64,000 nucleotides of DNA from positions 416,001 to 480,000 of the forward strand of contig CBDBHR010000029.1 of assembly GCA_965205865.1 (NCBI GenBank), written 5' to 3'. The position numbers and the translations under genes are program-made. Of this stretch, positions 49,647-58,075 are shown piece by piece (positions within the stretch are counted from its first letter, which is position 1; every line of letters begins with the position of its first letter). This DNA is from a bacterium (GTDB lineage: Bacteria > SAR324 > NAC60-12). The notes below the pieces were generated by a model. It did no database searches and was not told where the DNA came from. It saw nothing but the letters and a program-made list of their open reading frames with translations.

Positions 49647-51080
49647 TCAAAGCAAATTTCTGGCGGTTTGTTCAATTTGCTGCCAGGCTTGCTGAACGTG
49701 ATGCGCTTCGGTGTGGGTTTGCCCGATGCAAAAGCGCAGCGCATACTGCTCGTTGAGCTTCGTGTGGGTGAGGTACAGGCGACCGCTTTGGTTGAGGGTT
49801 TCCAAAAGCTTTTGATTGAAGGAATCGCCTTGCGTATGCCGGAAGCAAACCAGATTCAAGAGGGCGGGTGCCGCCAACTCGAAATGTTCGGACGCTTCGA
49901 TCCATTGCGCAAAATCTTGTGCCATTTCAATGTGGTGTTTGATGTGATAACGCAATCCTTCGATACCGTAGTGGCGAATGACAAACCAGAGCTTCAAGGA
50001 GCGGAAACGCCGCCCCAGTGGAATTTGCCAGTCTCGATAATCGATGACGGCTCCTGATTCGCTGGCTTTGTTGCGAAGAAATTCCGGCAAGATACTCAAG
50101 GTTTGGATGAGAGCATTGCGCTCTGCCACATAAAAACAATCACAATCAAAGTTGGTGAACATCCACTTGTGGGGATTGAAACAATAACTGTCTGCCTTGT
50201 CCAGTCCGTCGTTGAGATATCGATACTCGGGACAGAGAGCCGCAGTGCCGGACATGGCGCTGTCGACATGAAACCAAATTTTTGCTTCCTGGCAAATTTG
50301 TCCGATCTCTGGCAAGGGATCCATGGCATTGGAGGAAGTCGTCCCCATGGTAGCGCAGACAAAACAGGGAATTAAACCTGCCTGGCGGTCTTCTTCGATT
50401 TGCCGAAAGAGTTCATCAGGACGCATGGCAAAATTGTCATCCACTGCAATCAGGCGTAGGTTTTGCCGTCCCAAACCTGCAATTTTGACGGCTTTCTCCA
50501 CGGAGGAGTGGGCTTGTGTGGAGGCATAGGCCACCAATCGACCATCGCATCCTGTTTCGTTGCTGGCAAAACCCGTTACACGCTCACGTGCCGCCAGTAG
50601 CGCACAGAGGGAGGCGCTGGAAGCCGTATCCTCAATCACTCCTCCACCCGTTGAGTCCGATTTGAATTTTGGAGGCAAACCCAACATGTCCACCAGCCAA
50701 TCCAACACATGGGTTTCCAACTCCGTGCAGGCAGGACTGGTTGACCAGAGCATCCCCTGCACTGCCAACCCCGAAGAAAGCAAGTCCCCCAGGATCGAAG
50801 GTCCGGAAGCATTGGCAGGAAAAAAAGCGAAGAAATTGGGGGATTGCCAATGTGTCACTCCGGGGAGGAGACGATTCATATCCTGCAAAATCGTCTCAAA
50901 TTTTTCTCCATGCCAGGGAGGTTCTGCCGGCAGAGCGGAACGGATATCCCCGGGTTGGGCTCGAGACAAGACGGGGAAAGATTCAATGGCTTCATAATAA
51001 TCGGCAATCCAGTCGACGACAGCTTTACCATGGTGCCGGAAAGCATCCGGAGACATGTGAAAGTTTTTCTTTTCAGACAT
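49647..51080 (-). CDS. PLP-dependent group II decarboxylase (aromatic-L-amino-acid decarboxylase-like)
   Basis: THWQSPNFFAFFP, SPACTELE, AHSSVEKA, HVDSA, NPHKW, DYRDWQIPLGRRFRSLKLW. Confidence 0.9.
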   Translation of the reverse strand: MSEKKNFHMSPDAFRHHGKAVVDWIADYYEAIESFPVLSRAQPGDIRSALPAEPPWHGEKFETILQDMNRLLPGVTHWQSPNFFAFFPANASGPSILGDLLSSGLAVQGMLWSTSPACTELETHVLDWLVDMLGLPPKFKSDSTGGGVIEDTASSASLCALLAARERVTGFASNETGCDGRLVAYASTQAHSSVEKAVKIAGLGRQNLRLIAVDDNFAMRPDELFRQIEEDRQAGLIPCFVCATMGTTSSNAMDPLPEIGQICQEAKIWFHVDSAMSGTAALCPEYRYLNDGLDKADSYCFNPHKWMFTNFDCDCFYVAERNALIQTLSILPEFLRNKASESGAVIDYRDWQIPLGRRFRSLKLWFVIRHYGIEGLRYHIKHHIEMAQDFAQWIEASEHFELAAPALLNLVCFRHTQGDSFNQKLLETLNQSGRLYLTHTKLNEQYALRFCIGQTHTEAHHVQQAWQQIEQTARNLL

Positions 51081-51252
51081 TTTCTTTTGCAATTCATTGC
51101 TTTTATTCAGTTCAGTAGTGAAACCGGAACCGAGTGGCTTACTGAAATGAAAGTTTTCAAAGAGCGGTTGCGCAAAAAGCACATTCGATTGTTCTCCTGA
51201 TTATGCCCATCAATAAATAGTCTCACAAGTTCAATTTTTTATTGAAAAGAAA

Positions 51253-52669
51253 GATCGATATCTTTACTCTTGAAGGAGAGCACGCAACCGTTCAACTTCC
51301 GCAAGCGCGTTTTCTTTTTCTTTTCGCTCTTTTTCTTTTTCTTTTCGCTCTTTTTCTTTTTCTTTTCGCTCTTTTTCTTTTTCTTTTCGCTCTTTTTCTT
51401 CTCTTTGCAAGGCGTTTTCTTTTTCTTGTCGCTCTTGTTGGAAGCTTTTCAAGAGGAACGGCTGGTAGAGGGGATCATCGATTAATTTTTCAAAGGCCAC
51501 CTGTTTTTCCAAATCCTGAAGACGAAATGCGAATCGATCAAAGACCCTGGAATGAATCACGCCGGGCTCTTTGCCCTTCATCCTTTCATAAACCCCCTGC
51601 TCATTGAGAGCATAGAAGGCGGTATGCTTGCGCAAACGGTCTAATATATAATATTCCGCTACCCCCGCTTTGGCGTATTCTTCTTTTTTGTGAACCGTAT
51701 CCCGTTCCACCTCCGAGGGAGTCGAGTCGGATAAAAACTCTATACAGAGGTCACACACCCCATCAAACGAACGATCCAACAGTTTGGCCTCGACAGGATT
51801 GGAGTGAAGAATCACGGCCAGATCCGGTTTGCGAATACTCACCTTTTTCTTTCCCAGTTCCAAACGAAAGCCCATTTCCAATGCCATGATTCGCCCTTGA
51901 GGGAAGACGGTTAAATATTCTTCTAATAAGCGCAAGAACCATTGATACAGAGAGATGCTTAAAAAATCTGGCATGGGCTTTTCCTCCAAGAGTCCATTGT
52001 TCCATTCATATTGACAATCCGGGTGTTCATAGTACGTCTTCCAATACTCTGCCTCACTCACCCTGAGGGGCTCCCTGGCAGAGGGAGGAAAGCGTGTTGG
52101 AGTGGTGTGGTTTTTGACGGATTCTAAAGAAGCCATGAGGTCCTCAATGGGAATGAGAAGTGAATTTTGTCGTCTTTTCAAAAGAATAACACATTGTGCG
52201 GAGGACAGCAATTTCTTGCGTCGTCTGTTCAGCAGGGAATCTGAGAAAAGATATTTGATAGAGTTGCTCGCAATGACTAATTCTGCTTCTCAAATTAAAC
52301 AGAACCACTGCCCTAAAAACCCCCCCCCAAAAAAAAATCAAAAAAATAATCCAAAGTGCATTTTTAGCTTGATTTCATGATGATGATGATAATTCATACT
52401 TTGTGCCATTAGGATTGCTGGAGAAAGAGATAAAATGAAAAAATTCATCTCTCCCCGGGAATCTTTTGTTCCTCATCCGGACCTTCGAGCACCCGTTCTT
52501 TCGATGGGCTCAATGGCTGGGTGAAGTATTGTCAATCTCTTGTATAAGGAGTTCCCATGTACATGTATTTCAAGCAACTTTTTGCCCCTCTCGTGGGGCT
52601 GAACCCGGCAGGCGTTTGGTCTGCTGCAAAACTGCAATCTTTATTGCTCACCCTAACCCTGATGGTGAC
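51253..52669. repeat. 1.42-kb duplicated module, copy 2
   Basis: Direct repeat of 44144..45603. Confidence 0.95.
51264..52136 (-). CDS. Uma2-family putative endonuclease, second copy
   Basis: Near-identical to 44155..45069; tail uses ERKEKEK heptads. Confidence 0.85.
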   Translation of the reverse strand: MASLESVKNHTTPTRFPPSAREPLRVSEAEYWKTYYEHPDCQYEWNNGLLEEKPMPDFLSISLYQWFLRLLEEYLTVFPQGRIMALEMGFRLELGKKKVSIRKPDLAVILHSNPVEAKLLDRSFDGVCDLCIEFLSDSTPSEVERDTVHKKEEYAKAGVAEYYILDRLRKHTAFYALNEQGVYERMKGKEPGVIHSRVFDRFAFRLQDLEKQVAFEKLIDDPLYQPFLLKSFQQERQEKENALQREEKERKEKEKERKEKEKERKEKEKERKEKENALAEVERLRALLQE

Positions 52670-54371
52670 CGCTCTCTGGGTCTTCCCGACCGCAGTGGTC
52701 GCGCAGAAGATGGTCAAAGATCCATCCACGGGCAAGATGGTGAGCGCGCCCAAGTATGGTGGCACGATCCGACCGATCGTCAACTTCAAGCCCGAGGGGA
52801 TCGATCCCTATTTCCGTTACACCGCGGGGGTCTGGACCGGGCTGGTCAACCAAAAGCTGGGTTTCGCCGACTGGGCAATAGACAGGAACGTATATGACTT
52901 TAGAACAACTTACTTCCCTGATCAAGCCATAGTAGGGGGTTTGGCCGAGAGCTGGGAGACCCCGGATCCTGTGACGTTCGTGTTCAAGATCCGCAAGGGA
53001 ATCAAATGGCACAATAAGGCACCAGTGAACGGTCGGTCCCTGACCGCGCACGATGTCGAGTACAGCTTTCAGCGGCTCTGGGGGTTGAGCGGCGGCGAGC
53101 CGGGCCTGGATGTCAGCCTGTCTGATGAAGGCAAGATCCCGGTCGAGTCGATTACCGCTACCGACGATTTTACGCTGGTATTGAAGTTGAAAGAGCCCAG
53201 TCTCATCGCCCTGAAGGCCATCCTCACCGGACCACACATGATGGTGATCGCTCGCGAGGTGGTCGAGCAATTCGGGGACATTCAAGACTGGCGCAACGTG
53301 ACTGGAACGGGGCCCTATCAGCTGACCGACGTGGTGGAGGGCAGCTCGTGGACCTTCGAAAAGATTGATGATTACTGGGGCTTCGACCCGAAATTTTCCG
53401 CCAACCGGTTGCCCTACGCGGACAAGGTCGAGTACATCATCGTCAACGACCCAGCAGCCATACTGTCCCTGATGCGCTCGAGGCAGGCGGATTATATAGG
53501 GTTCGCTCTCAACTCCCATCTGACCAATGTCGACCAGGCGGTGAATCTGCAGAAGACCAATCCCGACCTGCAGCTCTGGCCGTTGGCCTATCGTGCGGAG
53601 ACGGCGTTCAATTTCGACAACCAGAAGAAGCCCTGGAACGACATCCGAGTGCGCCAGGCTCTCAGCATGGCCATCGATTTCGAGGCCATCGCCGAGAACT
53701 ACATGCAGGGTTGGGGCGATGCCAGCCCAGTCGGTATGATTGGCAAAGCAGTGCTCGGGTATTTCATGCCGTACGAGCAGTGGCCCGACGAGGTCAAGCA
53801 GTACTATCGGTATGACCCCGAGGCGGCTGAAAAGCTGCTGGATGAGGCCGGCTTTCCGCGCGGGGCGGACGGCGTTCGCTTCAGCACCGTCTACCAGCAC
53901 TACGAGTTCTTCGACCTCGGCTACTACCAGATCGCCATGGATTACCTCCGGCAGATTGGCATCGAGGTCGAGATCCAGATCGCTTCCCGCGCGGAACATA
54001 TCCAAATGAGCCGAGATCGTACCTTTCTCGGTTTGCGCACGAGCGTATGGGCCGCCGAGTATGGCGGTCCCTTGATCCCGTTCGCGGAATTCTGGACGAA
54101 ACGCAAGGGGTCGCGCCCCCAGAACAACATCGACCCCGTCTTCGACGAATATTACGAGAAGGCGCTGGCCGCTACCACGGTAGAGGAGCAGAAGGAGTGG
54201 TCGCGGAAGGCCGACATGCGCGTCATTGAGCAGCTCTGGACGATCAGAGGGCCCATCGCTCCCCTGTTCGGTGTCACCCAGCCGTGGCTCAAAGGCTACA
54301 ACGGGGAAGGCGATCTCGGCCAGTTAAACCGGGCTGACATCTTCGCCTACCTCTGGATCGACAAGGAGTGA
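52557..54371 (+). CDS. Family-5 SBP (SBP4), last about 7 residues probably lost by a 1-bp deletion
   Basis: LAESWETPD, TGTGP, PWNDIRVRQAL; after WIDKE the shifted frame reads KQENGF*, like paralog tails LKEEMGF*. Confidence 0.88.
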   Translation: MYMYFKQLFAPLVGLNPAGVWSAAKLQSLLLTLTLMVTALWVFPTAVVAQKMVKDPSTGKMVSAPKYGGTIRPIVNFKPEGIDPYFRYTAGVWTGLVNQKLGFADWAIDRNVYDFRTTYFPDQAIVGGLAESWETPDPVTFVFKIRKGIKWHNKAPVNGRSLTAHDVEYSFQRLWGLSGGEPGLDVSLSDEGKIPVESITATDDFTLVLKLKEPSLIALKAILTGPHMMVIAREVVEQFGDIQDWRNVTGTGPYQLTDVVEGSSWTFEKIDDYWGFDPKFSANRLPYADKVEYIIVNDPAAILSLMRSRQADYIGFALNSHLTNVDQAVNLQKTNPDLQLWPLAYRAETAFNFDNQKKPWNDIRVRQALSMAIDFEAIAENYMQGWGDASPVGMIGKAVLGYFMPYEQWPDEVKQYYRYDPEAAEKLLDEAGFPRGADGVRFSTVYQHYEFFDLGYYQIAMDYLRQIGIEVEIQIASRAEHIQMSRDRTFLGLRTSVWAAEYGGPLIPFAEFWTKRKGSRPQNNIDPVFDEYYEKALAATTVEEQKEWSRKADMRVIEQLWTIRGPIAPLFGVTQPWLKGYNGEGDLGQLNRADIFAYLWIDKE

Positions 54372-54499
54372 AGCAAGAAAATGGGTTCTGAGTTGGATTC
54401 TGTGAGTACGATGGATGCAGTTGGACCCCATTTAGTTATCATCGCAATAACGGAGCTGCGTTCCAGCGCAGCTCTGTTAGAAACCTTGCGGTAGAGGCC

Positions 54500-54553
54500 A
54501 TGAGAACGTACATCATCCGGCGTGTCCTGCTGCTGATCCCGACCTTTTTCTGA
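54500..54553 (+). pseudogene. dppB stub
   Basis: MRTYIIRRVLLLIPTFF* at the position where paralogous loci start the permease. Confidence 0.8.
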
Positions 54554-54695
54554 GTAGGGCCCCCTTCATCCAGGTATAGGCAACCTGGCCCACTTCATGG
54601 TTGCGGGTCACTTTTAAGAGGATTGATATGGTCTTGAACGATGTGAGTCAATAGTGGGGTTTCAATGATTTCTATAGCTAGGACTCTTCACATGT

Positions 54696-54905
54696 TTAAT
54701 CGTTAATTCTTGAAATAGTATGCCAATGCTGTACATAAGTCAATGACTCATTGAAAAGTCTTTTTTGATCTTGGCAGATTTGCCAGACTTGATCCTCCGG
54801 AATGCCTTCGCATTCGGCTCCTCGGATCTCTAGGAGATCATCTCCTCGTGCTGATAGTGCCCTGACAGTCATCTTGGGGATGTTCTCATCGACCATGATT
54901 TTCAC
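54696..54905 (-). pseudogene. Truncated DUF5615/PIN-like toxin
   Basis: VKIMVDENIPKMTVRAL..RG.D...IR......IPEDQVW.ICQDQKRL, then homology is lost. Confidence 0.6.
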
Positions 54906-54918
54906 CCTTCTGCGCTTC

Positions 54919-55110
54919 TCAATCAATCGGAATGATTGGTTCTTCTGGCAGGGAGGCTGCCTCGGCGAGAGAAGCTTCAATATCCTCTGCCTTCCAATTC
55001 GGAAAATCATCCATGATTTCATCAGCGTTATCGCCACTGGCTCTCTGAAGGCAACATCTTGGTAGATTTTCCCGCAATCCCTTGAAAGATAAGGGCAGTC
55101 TCCGGTCAAA
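54919..55110 (-). pseudogene. Degraded DUF433 antitoxin
   Basis: ASGDNADEIMDDFPNWKAEDIEASLA..A resembles the DUF433 C-terminus; lies upstream of the PIN-like gene. Confidence 0.55.
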
Positions 55111-55569
55111 AGGAACCGAACCGACAAACCCATCTAGAAAAAGATATTGGCCTTCTTCCAAAAGTGGAAAGTTTTAAGCAGAGCAGAACTGAAAGAGTTT
55201 TCCCCGTTATCTCAGCGGACCATCGAAACGCGTGCCGAGTGCGCATCAGTCCTTGAAATGATTCGCTCTGAATCCCATGCTTTTCGTTCCTGAAAGGGCA
55301 GGATTGCCCAGTATTTTCAAGGACTGACACAGAGAAGAGCGAGGATCAAATCCAGGATGACACAAGCACTCGCCATTGAGGAGTTAAGATGAGCAAAAAA
55401 ATCTATTGACATCCTCTAAATATTTTTATATTTCCCTGAAAGGATGCCTTCGCTATTCTGAGAGCGAAAGTCATGTATCTTAGACACGTTTTGAAATATC
55501 GTCAGATGGTAGGATAATGAATGGGATAATGAAATCTAACAGGATATTGCCATCATTGTTCTTTTGTGA

Positions 55570-57265
55570 CCTAAATCCTGCAATTAGATGACAATCAAAC
55601 ATGGAAATGGTAATATACTCAAATAGTTAACAGCAGAATCAACATTTTAAGAGATCACCATTACCATGAAAAACAAACGTAGCGCAAGATCGGCAAGAAC
55701 GACAGCAAAAAACATCCATATCAGCCAGGGAGGCAGAGACCTGACCGCGCAAGCAGGCTTGATTCCGGTTGTCAAATTTTTTCACAAAGAAGGGATTGTT
55801 TCAAAGACAGAGCAGACCGTAGATCATCGGCGTGGCGCCACGGGTCTTTATGACGCGGTGGACATGGTCATTTTGTCGGTGGTCGGCATTGTTGGTGGCG
55901 CCCGTTCGATTCGTTCGATTGTGACAGTTTGGAACGACCGTGTTTTGAGTCGTGTGGCCGGTTGGCTGAGGATTCCGGATGAAACCACATTCGGCCGGAT
56001 ACTGCGTACTTTCACACAGAAAAACATCAATGAGATGGAGAGCTTGAACCATCGGATTCGAGCCGGTATCTGGCGTAAGGCGCTTCGAAGTGGGACAAGC
56101 ATCGTTGGGGTGTTACACTGTCTTGTGATTGACGTGGACTCCACTGTGAAAACGGCCTACGGCAAGCAGCAAGGAGTGTCTGTCGGATATAATCCCCACA
56201 AACGCGGTGCAGCTTCGTATCATCCTCTGCTGGCATTTTGCGCAGAGACAAAGGAGATTCTTCAGGGTTGGCTTCGTGATGGGAGTGCCTATACCAGCAA
56301 TGGAGTCGTTGAATTCATGCGGCAACTTCTCGCTCACCTTCCAAATCGGACTCGCACTCTGTTTCGTGGAGACAGTGGTTTTTTTGTGGGGGATTTGCTG
56401 GATTTCCTCGAAGAACGAGGCCATGGCTATCTGATCAAGGTCAAACTCAAGGGGCTTGTCTCGTTGTTGGAAACCCAAAAATGGCAAAAAGTGAAGGGGC
56501 AGCCCGCTTGGGAAGGGTGTGAGTTTTCCCACCAATGTGAAACTTGGAGGAGGTCAAGAAAATTCATGGCCGTACGCAGGGAGAAAGAGGAGGAACTCAA
56601 AGGGATGGCCACCCTCTTTGAGATGAAGGAGTACGATTATTTTTGTTATGTTCTCACTGACGCGCTCACTCCCTGGCAGGCTCACAAAGAGTATGGCCAA
56701 AGGGCGGTCGCTGAGACATGGATTGAGGAAGCAAAAAATCAAACTGCGCTGGCTCAGATTAAAACCGACGATTTTTGGGCCAACAGTGCCTTGTTCCAAT
56801 GCGCGATACTCGCTTACAACACGCTGCGCTGGATGGCCCTTTGTAGTGGTAACGCAATACTGCGCCGTTGGGAACCGGCCACCATGCGCACCTATCTTGT
56901 CCGAATGGCAGGAAAATGGACGAGTGGCGCTCGTCAACAAAAACTGAGAGTTCCGGAAAGAACACTTTACAATGCTCAATGGGATGCATGGGTCGCTGTT
57001 GGAGAGACCTGGATCCTTTGTTTCACTCCAGTGGATACATTTTGCTGAGATGTAGATTCCCAAATCCAGGGAGAAGTACGTCTTGAATCTTGTGCCCGCG
57101 AAAGCGGGTATCAGATCATCACAAAATATGACGATCTAATGGAGGGCGGAAAAACCTTTATGAGCAAGGACTGATGGAAATTCAACTCTCAAATCCTTTT
57201 TTTTAAAAAAACCTCTCAAAGAGTGGGGGGAAACTCAATCAAAATATTCAATTGCAGGATTTAGG
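55570..57265 (+). mobile_element. IS1380-family insertion sequence (1696 bp)
   Basis: TIR CCTAAATCCTGCAATT / AATTGCAGGATTTAGG; 5-bp duplication TGTGA. Confidence 0.93.
55666..57048 (+). CDS. IS1380-family transposase
   Basis: IDVDST...YGKQQG...YHPL, RGDSGF, YGQRAVAETWIEEAK. Confidence 0.92.
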   Translation: MKNKRSARSARTTAKNIHISQGGRDLTAQAGLIPVVKFFHKEGIVSKTEQTVDHRRGATGLYDAVDMVILSVVGIVGGARSIRSIVTVWNDRVLSRVAGWLRIPDETTFGRILRTFTQKNINEMESLNHRIRAGIWRKALRSGTSIVGVLHCLVIDVDSTVKTAYGKQQGVSVGYNPHKRGAASYHPLLAFCAETKEILQGWLRDGSAYTSNGVVEFMRQLLAHLPNRTRTLFRGDSGFFVGDLLDFLEERGHGYLIKVKLKGLVSLLETQKWQKVKGQPAWEGCEFSHQCETWRRSRKFMAVRREKEEELKGMATLFEMKEYDYFCYVLTDALTPWQAHKEYGQRAVAETWIEEAKNQTALAQIKTDDFWANSALFQCAILAYNTLRWMALCSGNAILRRWEPATMRTYLVRMAGKWTSGARQQKLRVPERTLYNAQWDAWVAVGETWILCFTPVDTFC

Positions 57266-57368
57266 TGTGATAGTTTTCAAGAAATTGCCTTGGGCTGACG
57301 GTTTTTAAGAATTTCTGCTGGTCTTTCGTTTTCTATTTTGATAGATTTCAAGAAATCGCCTTTGGCTG

Positions 57369-58075
57369 AAGGTTTTATTTCAATTTCGCTCATATTTATT
57401 TAGCCGAAAGTCATGTCAAACCTCATCTCCTCCCCAGAGGATTTTTAGAAATTGTCAACGGGGAATGGAAAAGTGCCAAAAATGTTGACTTCTTGATCTC
57501 AATATGAAAAAGTAATTTCGTTGATCATTAGAAGACACTCATGAATGAATGAGTCGCCCTATCTAAAAAAAGTTTGACAACCATTTGCAAAGCGAGTATA
57601 CAATATTATTCCAGGGACAGAAGAGCAATAATGAGATCCTTAGCATTGCCGCTTTCGGTACACCTGTTTGGGCAAATCGTCAGGATGACATGAAAGTCCG
57701 AAAATAACTTGTTTCAAGTAAAAAAACATCTGGACAATGAGGTGGTTATGAGAGTAAACTTAAAAGCCAGTTCCCAGTTCCCAGTTCCCAGTTCCCAGTT
57801 CCCAGTTCCCAGTTCCCAGTTCCCAGTTAAGTTCCAAGCAACAAGTCACAAGTCCCCAATCCCAAGTTCTACCCCCTTTATTATCTCGACATCAGGGAGA
57901 GATCCTTAAGATTCCTTGTTCCAAGTTCCAAGTCCCACGTTCCAAATTCCAGGAAAGGAAGGGCAATGGGGAATTTGGAAAATCATCGGCGCCTGAGTGC
58001 GTCGGTTTATGGTTCATTGCCCAATCCTGGCGCCAATGAATCGTTTTTTTGTCACTCCAAAATGAAGGAGAGCCA
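57369..58075 (+). promoter_or_regulatory. Type A conserved SBP leader, locus 5
   Basis: TTGACA(57574)-N17-TATACA and TGGACA(57731)-N18-TAAACT; shares blocks with 3059..3497 and 9425..10110. Confidence 0.75.
57769..57824. repeat. Heptamer tandem array, 8x AGTTCCC
   Basis: Counted directly. Confidence 0.97.

Noticed and set aside
52653-54005. Long antisense ORFs (450 aa here; also 7949..9019 and 18629..19597)
   Set aside because: Shadow frames opposite well-supported genes, with no recognisable motifs
54444-54482. TAAC...GTTA hairpin as an integron attC site
   Set aside because: About 35 bp, shorter than known attC sites; poor RYYYAAC/GTTRRRY match; no integrase in view
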